Below are positions 15,901 to 24,900 of a DNA stretch of 42,583 nucleotides, one piece after another. The stretch comes from Candidatus Omnitrophota bacterium (lineage in GTDB: Bacteria; Omnitrophota; Gorgyraeia; 2-01-FULL-45-10; JBDRSA01): assembly GCA_043825275.1 (NCBI GenBank), contig JBDRSA010000025.1, positions 1 to 42,583 on the forward strand. Direction: 5' to 3'. The notes below the pieces were generated by a model, which had not been told where the DNA came from, searched no databases, and saw only the letters and a program-made list of their open reading frames with translations. Position numbers and translations under genes: made by a program. The number at the start of each line of letters is the position of its first letter. Positions within the stretch are counted from its first letter, which is position 1.

Positions 15901-18900
15901 ACGACCGTTGTGGAGCTCGACATGAGGACGCCACTTCTTTTTTCAGACCCCGATCATAATGTTGTCAGGAGCTTCCACGCGGGGAGAACAAGGCGTGTTT
16001 TGTTCTTTTCGAAGGCCTATCTCGACAGCTTAAGTATAGACAGCGAAGCCGACATGAAGGAACTCGCTTTCTGGCTGAGCTTTGGTCAGCGGTTTATCGA
16101 CATGAAAGATGAAATGGAGGCGAAGGGTTTCGATTCGAGACAGATAGAACAGGCGCGTTCGGCCCTGAGCCTGCTCTATTTCGAAGACGTATTTATTAAG
16201 TGCCAGGAAGACGCCAGTCTCATCGATCCGCTCTACATTAAAGACAGATGCAGACGTTATATGCGGCAGGACACGTTTATTAAGTATACGACCCTATTGC
16301 GGGAGACAATAGAAAAAGAGAAAGAGGCGGATGCGCTTCTAAGGCAGGCGGATAAGACGAAGGCGCAGGAACATTACGCGCTCGCATGGTTTCTATACGG
16401 CAAACTCCTTTATAAGTATGATGGGATGGGTCTGCACTCGGAAGCCGAAAAGGCATATCAGAATATGACATCGGCGACAAGGGAATGCCAGCTCCATAAC
16501 TGGGGCCTTCTTCCATACAGGGTCTACATGTTCGATACATTTACCGCGCTGCGTTTCGGAAAGTGGCCGGAATTTGTTGAAGGGCTCGAGACATTCTTGA
16601 CAGGAAAGGGGTATAAGAGGCGCATGTGGAGAGAGGAAGCCAATTTGTTGAGAAACTGTCTGTGCGGCCATGAAGGTATTTACAGGGATTTTCGGGAGGT
16701 CATCGAGCGCGTTATACATAGCCAGATGGACGCGGCGGATACGGAAGTCCTATCCGAGATAACTCCGCACGCCGAAAGGGCATTCGATCTTTTGAAGAGG
16801 TTCTACGAGGATGGAGGGCCGGAGCGCTGTCTGGAGATCGACACACTGCCGACTTTACCCGAAGGAAATAACACCGAACCAAAACCGGACGGCTCTTCAG
16901 ATAAAAAGCGCCGCTCGCCGAGCGGGGAGGAAGATAGCCGACAGTCCACAGTCCGTAGTCCGAAGATAGAAAAACAGGATCCTCGTGAGTCGCCTACAGG
17001 CGGGGATGATAGGTCAGGGTTCATAGTTCATAGTTCAAAGTTGCCGACAGAAAAACAGGATCTTCGTGACTCGCCAACAGGCGGGAAAAGTCGCCAGACG
17101 CCAGTTGCCAGTTTCCAGAAAAAGCAAAAGATAAATAGAGAACAACGAACGACGAACGAGAGCGAAGCGAAGCGAAGCCTCCCCGGAGGGGACGCACAAC
17201 GAGACGACCGTACACCGGAACGCCGCTCCCCCAGCGCTGACCGGCATGACTCCGCAGATGCGGTCGAGGCGGCCTCGGCGGCCCCGGACTATCGAGAGTG
17301 GCTTGACCGGAAGGTGCCTTCCGAGTGGCGCGACAGACTCACTCCGAAACAGCGGGAGTTTCTTACCGTTTATTACCAAACCGATAAGGTCCTCGAAACA
17401 AAAAAGATGTCGCTCTTTACGAAAGCGCTCCTTTCCCTGGGAGTCGCCGGCGCGCTCGGATTCCCGGTCTTCGTCGTCCCTTCAGCGAGTAGCGCGCTGA
17501 CCGTCGCGGGTCTCATCTTCTTCATGTTCGTATTTATCCCGACCCACGAAGCCGGTCATTACCTCGCGGCCCGCGCGGTAAACCGGGCGTCTTTGAGAAA
17601 AACCGGCCGCCCCGTATTCAGCTCGATACGCTACGCATGGGAGGGAACGTTCCCGCAGGTGCGGATCGAATTCGCCGATGAGTTCCGCCAACCGAAGGGA
17701 TTTATCGATGTCATCGAATGGGGGCCGACCGTGTCGCTCATCACGTCGGCTGCCGCCTTCGCGATAACCGGCCTTTCGATATTCTTCGGGTGGGATATCG
17801 TCAGCTACTTCTCCTCCCCCACGGCGTATCTAACATTCGCGATGTTCCTTTTTGAGAGCTTCTGGCGTTTCGGATACAGCAACGACGGATCGCTGAGCGC
17901 CCGCACGAATAAGATCTCGCGCGCCTTTAAAAAAGCGAAGCGCTCATACTCGTTCCTCGGTGAAGATCCCATCCACTGGGGTATTGAGGCGGAGGACTTC
18001 CTTATTGATGCCGGAGACGGGATCTACTGGGCGGTCCCCGAAGAGTCATGGAACGAGACGGACCTTCTGGCCGATCGGGTCAGGGTGCGGGCGCGCGAGA
18101 GCCTTCTCAGGAACAGGGACGTACTCTTCGGCATGGGGCAGCGGCGCCCGGACGGCGCGGCCATTCCCGACGAACCGCCGGAGAATGTCTCGCACATCCC
18201 CTTCCTCTCTGACACGGTACGGATGGATTCGATACGGTATCCGATGCCGTTCGAATTGTCGGGAGAACTGGTAAAGCCCGATCAGGGGGACCGTGAAGGA
18301 AAAAGCTCCTTCATCGTCCGCTCTGTTTTTAACCCTTCGGGGAGAAGGTACGCGCTCTACAAGGTAACGGATTTTCCGAAGGAGCTCCTGCATCGGTCCA
18401 AAGGCCCTGAGCCATCCGCAGGCGAAAGCGCGCGGCGATCGCCGAGCGGGGAGGAAATTAGTCCGGAGTCCGGAGCCCGGAGTCGGGAGAAAAAAGAAGA
18501 TGGATATCGGGCAAACGACGAGATACTAGATACTAGATACAAGATACAAAATCCCCGTACCTCCCCCAGCGCGGCCATTCCTCCCGACGCTGATCCGGCA
18601 TTCTTTGAAAGCAGCTCGCCGCCGTACTGGATGATGGGGAATGATCTGATAGCGAAAGAAACGAAGCGCTTAGCCGCCAAGCTTCTGGATCAGGCATCAG
18701 CCGAACGTGCGGGGCGCCCATGGAGTTATGAGGAGATCCAGAAGCTCCTTCAGACGCATCCGGAGATTACCACCAAGCTTCAGTTCGAGAAAGCAGAGTA
18801 TTACCATATTCCTGAGATTGCCGCGTACGCGAACCTTGCGCTTGATGAAGAGTCGCGTGCTTTTTACGATGAGGCCGAGCGCATCTTCAAAAAGATTGTT

Positions 18901-21900
18901 CATGCGCGGTCAGAAGAAGAGATCCTCTCCCTGGCGCGACACCTCAAGGAGATAAATCCGCGGATCGCGGTCGTTATTTTGAAATGGCTGGCAAGCACCA
19001 CTGAAATGCATGGGTCAAAGTATGCCGCTGAAGAGCGTGCCGCCCGGCGGTTCCTACGGCGGTTCGTCAATCTCTTCTTCGGTGAGTTGGGCGGCAGAGA
19101 AGCTATCAATGATTATCTGGTGATGGCTGCCAATATGGTCCAGAAAGCGCGTCGAGAGCGGGATCTTATGCCGGATGAAGTGGCGGTCGTTCCGGTATTG
19201 ACCGGTGGAGGTACGCTGAGGGATTTTGCCAACACAAGACTCTTCTTCTCCGTACACCGCGTGCGGCCGCTTTTGTTTACCAGGGTAATGGCACAGGCAT
19301 ACGGCGTTGAGGAAGTTGATGGACGCCGACGATTTACCAGGGAGGGTGCCGAAGCCGTTTGTGAATACCTGAAACTACAGGAGATCATCGATGACAGAAT
19401 TCGGCATATCGTCTTTTTGGATGTCGGCCAGCGAGGTACGATCAGAGAGCTCCTGACGCCGATCCTCGACAAATTGTCGATCACGTCCGACCTTCCGGTG
19501 CTCTATCACGGCAAATACGCCGAAGCAGATCGGCACCTGGCGCACGGCCTGAACGATGAGCCGGCATGGCGGCCGCGCGATGAAGAGCTTTTGTGGATGG
19601 CCTATATCCTCGATGATGGATTCGAAAAGAGTATCGATGTTTCTAACTTCGTCTTAGAAGAAAAGCCACGCGGGCGCCTCCCGTTCTTTAAGCTTACAAA
19701 CAGTCTGTGGTTCTATCGATTGGTGCAGGAGAGAACGCAGATCGCCGCATCGGGATTGCCGGTATATTCAAGAAATCTGTACGATACCTGGGATTATTAT
19801 AGAGACGAGGATGAGAATGATCCCGCGTTCCGTCACTCGCCGAGCGGGGACGACGACGCAGAGCGCAAAGCGCAAAGCCTCCGGCCCTTACGGGCCTTAG
19901 GCCCGGAGGGCGCAGAGCAAAACCTTGAAGCGCGCGAAAGCGCTGTTTCCCCTAGTGCTGCGCCCGACATGGAAAAAATAAACAAAGCGGTAAAATTTGC
20001 GATCGATATCCTGAAGAGAGATGAAGAAAAGAGAGCGCTGCGCAATACCTGCAAGCAGCACGCCCCACTTCTGTGTTATCTCTTGAATCGTATGGGTATT
20101 GATGCGGAGGTCTCCCTGGTTTATTACGACAACTTTATGTTAAGAGAGGTCCACTACTGCGTGAAGATCCCGGGCCAAACACCGATCTATGTTGACTCGT
20201 TGCCTGAGGCGCATACGCACAGGATCTCACGCGATCCCGGCGTAGGCGTTATTCTCAAACCGGGAGATCCCGACTATGAGTTATATGTCGACGGCGAGAA
20301 ATTAGCGGGCCAGTATAGCGGTGGTCTTGCGAATCTGACACCAGGCGCCCGGATGCTGTTCGGCGTGAAAGAGGCGGAGAAAGAGATCGACGCGTTCATT
20401 GCGCGACTTACCGGAAGATCTTCCGGCTCCGCAGCGGGCGAGGACGAACAACCGGCAGACGACCGTACCCCGGAAACCATACACCGTAAACCGGAAGAAC
20501 CACGCCGTTCTTCGAGCGGGAGCGATGCCGCAAGGCCGGATCGTGATAAAGCGCTTCCGGATGTCCCGGATGACCTTCTCGACCGGCTGCCTGAACGCGA
20601 AGCGCTTATTCAGATAATCCGGATGGTGCTCGACGGAAGAGCCAGGGGGCCAAGAAAATTATACGGGGATCAGGATCGCAGATTTAATGTGTTGCGCCTC
20701 TGGACATTAGAGGGGGCCGCATATCAGGATATCATAGGACAAGTAGATTTTACGTACGCGGCAGCTCGGGAACATAAGAGGCGGGCGATCATTAGTCTCG
20801 CGGATTGGTTGGCTCCTTATGGCGTAACCCGTCAAGAGATCAAGGAAGTATTGAAAAGTATCCAAAAACCACAATTCTTAACAATGAAACTTGGTGATTA
20901 TCGCGCCTGGCATGTCCATTATAGCAATTGGGTCGTCGGCGAGGCGGAGGCGCCCGATCAGATACAATTCAATAAAAACGATAAAGAAGCCTGGGGACAG
21001 ATACTCGCTTTGCTCCGAGAACTCCATATAGTAGAGCCTACGTTCGACGAAGGGACGATCATCCCGCGCAAAGATGAGCACGGTTACATCATCGAGATCA
21101 GAGATCGGAATGGCGAGGCCCGGCATCAATATCTGACATGCTTTATTACGGGCAAGATGCTGAATCCGGTTTCATCCTTCGGTATTGTTATGCGGGGTTC
21201 AAGACAGAGCGAATTACGTCTTTTATTGGCAGGGTACGGCCCCGCCGATCTTCTCCCGGCGCTCGGCGATGTTAAAAAGTCTGTGTTACATTTAAAAGGA
21301 GGTGATTATCAGAGAGTTAGGCTGCTGAAAACCCCTCAAGGCAGGTCTATATATGTTACATTGTCAAAACGGTACACCTCTGATCACATAAAACCCGAGA
21401 TCTCAGGTGAAAGCCTTGCCGATTCCGCAAAAACCCGTATTACACTTTATGATCCTGATACTAACGAACCTGTATCGGACGTGATCGTGTGGACAGACAG
21501 GAAAAATTGGGAATGGGAAGATCAGAGATCAGACAAATATATTGATCCATCAGAAAATGGATATATACAGTGGTCCGCCGGGCAATGGAGAAGGTATCTT
21601 GCCGGAAGCAGGAGGACTCCTCCCAGACAGGATAAGATCGACACATATCCTACACCAATACAAAGGTCACACAGAGCAACGTCGAGAGTCGTTCGTATGT
21701 TAGAAAATGAAATAGATCTTGGGTATGAAGATGAATGTCCTTATGAACAGGTAAAGCGGTGCGCGTTGAAGATACCGGGCGATGATAGGCGTTTCATGGG
21801 ATTGTGGGCCCCCGAAGTCGATCCGGCGACAACTCCTCCGCTGGTTGTCCTCAGGCTCACAGGTAAAACATTGATCAATACCCTTACTATTCCCGCGGAA

Positions 21901-24900
21901 TACGAGATCGTTACACACGAGACTCCGGTGGAAACTGCTGAAAAAGAACCTGCCCAAGAGACCGTTTTAGAAGGTCCCGGAAAAGAGGTGCCTCCGCCAG
22001 TGGGAAGGATTCTCAAAGAGGAAGCTCCGGAAGAAGCTGCCGGTGAAGAAAAAAGCGCTCAAGAGGCCGACGCAGAGGCCCCTGGAACAGCCGGTGACGA
22101 TCTCATACATGTATCTATCGGAAACGCGATCAGATTCGACGAAGATGAGATCGAGCAAGCGCGTAACTTGACAAGAAGGGTATCTTCAAAAAAACGTTTG
22201 GCTGCTCGAAGTTTATCTGCTCAGGAACAGGATATAGTTGATATGGTCTTGCAGGGCGCAAGCGCGTCAGGGTTGACAGATCTTTATCTTGCGGCCTGGT
22301 CGGATCTACTAAAGAGCGCCATGATAAAGCTCGTGACGACAGACCTTCGCGAGCTGCCCCAGGCGTACGCGAAATACCGGAAGCTTTTTAGCGGATCAGC
22401 CGGTGCCGTGGGTAAGAAAAAACCGAAAAAGAAAACCGGCAGGAAAAAGCGCCATTCCCCGAGCGGGGAGGAAGACAGTTCGGAGTTCGGAGTCGGGAGT
22501 TCGGAGACAAAAGTGCGCCTGTCACCAGAGCACCAGAGCGCCAGCAACCAGAAAGCGAGTCGCGAATCACCCAGCGGGAAAAACAGTTCAAGGTTCAAGG
22601 TTCAAGGTTCAGAGAGCGCAGAGAGCATAGAAGAGAAAACCGGCGAACCGGTGATCCGTCGCCTGCATCGCGCTTCGGATCATTCCCTGATTCGTCGCCT
22701 TCAACACGTCTCGAATCACCCCCGGACTTTTCGTGGGGGGATCTTTCGTGGGGCTAACCGGCGAACCGGCGAACTGGCAAACCGGAAAGCCGGTCAACCG
22801 AAACGCCGCTCCCCCAGCGGGGAAAGACTGATCATCCCCGATGAGTATCGATCGGTGGGGAGTGAAAAATTCAGGGAGATATTCGGAAAAGAATTCGGCG
22901 GTCTCGCCCCCGACGCCGAACAGCTGGCGAGCCTGCTCGACCGCTTGAATCCGGCCGTTTTCGATATTCATCGCTCCGTTTGCGACAACAATGGGAGAGA
23001 GATATACCCGTATTGGTGTCATCCGATGTCCAGGGTAGTAGCGCAGGTTCTTAAAGATCGAGGATTCGATGTTGCTTCTGGCTCTTCAATCGTCGATGCG
23101 CAGGAGTTTGGATTTAATGTAGTGGTTGTCCACCATATAATAATACTTCAACTCTCGCAGGGGAACGTTCTCCTTGATTACACCGCCGACCAGTATTATA
23201 AAGACGCTGACGGCAACTGGCTCCACATCGAGCCGGTGATCATGCCTTGCGCCGAAGCCGAACGGGGAGCATTTTATGGAAGTGTGGAGAAAGGCGCAGC
23301 GATGAGATTAGATGAGAGAGACAGAAAGCTGTATGAAGCGATAAATGATGCTCTCAGCGGGAGCGAGGATAGAGCAAGAGGCGAAACTCCACGCGAGTCG
23401 CCGAGCGGGGAGAAAAGCGGTTCAGGGTTCAATGTTCAAAGTTCAAAGTTGCCGACTGCCGGGCACAAACCGTTAACCGAATACCGTAAACCGGTGCGTG
23501 AATCCCCCAGCGGGGAAGAGAATAGACTGTCTTCCAGAAGAAAGGGGACACGGAAAGAAGAACTGGCGCAGCGAAGAGTAAAACCTCTTTCAGATGTGGT
23601 TATCTCGAATATTGATAAGGGGCCTGTGGTTGCCGAAAGTGAGCTCAGAGAGTTGGTGGAGAGTACAGAAAAATTCGGCGGGGATTGGCGGAATCGAATT
23701 GTCACCGCCATGGCAGACCCGGAATCGGTAACATTGCTTGCGCGGCGTCACGGAAGAATCGTCGGGTTCATAACAGGGGTTGAGCCGGATGAGAGCGACC
23801 GGGAGCTTATCGGAAAACGTAACGCGCATTACTTGCTTGGTATTGGCGTGCGGCCTGAAGAGCAGGATCAAAGGATCGCGACGGCGCTCTTTGCGCGGTA
23901 TACTAAGACGCTCAAGAGGCTGGGGAAATACGATTCTGTAGCGCTTCACACAAGAGATGATCGGATTTTTCGAATAATTGCCCGCTATCAGGACAGAGTC
24001 ATCCGCACGCGCCGGAAACATACAGATCGTGGTATGCAGATCGTTCTCTCGCTTGGAAGCGACGGTCCGGAGAAAGCCAAGTTGCAAGAAAGAAAAGCCC
24101 CGCTTCGCCGCAGGTCGCCGAGCGCGGAGGGGGATAGTCCGGAGTTGGTAGTCCGTAGCCCTGATCGAGAGTTTCTTGTAGATAAGAGAATCTCGGCTGA
24201 GAAAGAGATCTATGAGAGGTTCAGAAGAGGTGATAACAGTTTTATCGCGTTTTTCGATTTTGATCACTCAAGGCACTATTTTACGACTTTCGGTGAGATG
24301 AAAATGAATAGAATCTTAACGGGCGGGTTTTTGCGTGCGCTTGAATTTCTGGAAGGAGAAGGAGTACTAGTATGGCCACCTCTTGGATTTGGCTGTGAGG
24401 AGATCGGGCTCTTATTCCCGGAATCTATGGAAAAAGAGGAAGTGCTTTCACTGCTCGTCTCTGCGAAGGAAGAGATCGAGAAAACCACCTTTCCACTTAA
24501 AGGGACCGCCGTGCTTCAAAAGATCCAGAAGACTGTACCCCTTTTGGGCAAAGCGAGAAGTGAATCGAATCAAAGAGTGCAGCAGGCGTGGCTTGAGAAA
24601 GAGATGAGAGACTATTTCTCGCAAATGAAGCGATGGAAGAATAAATACGGTCGGAGGACTATTGTCGATCTCGATTTAGAGCCCCCAGTAGTCTATAAAA
24701 AAATAAGCCGCAATTCCCCCAGCGCGGAAAACGGTCCAAGGTCCAACGTCCAAGGTCCAAGGCCGCCGGAAGATAGCGGAGCGCCGAAAACCGTAGACCG
24801 TAAACCGGAACGCGGATCGCCTACAGGCGATGACAACAAGATACTAGATACTAGATACCAGATACGAGATCCTCGCCGCTCATTAAACGCTGACATTGAC

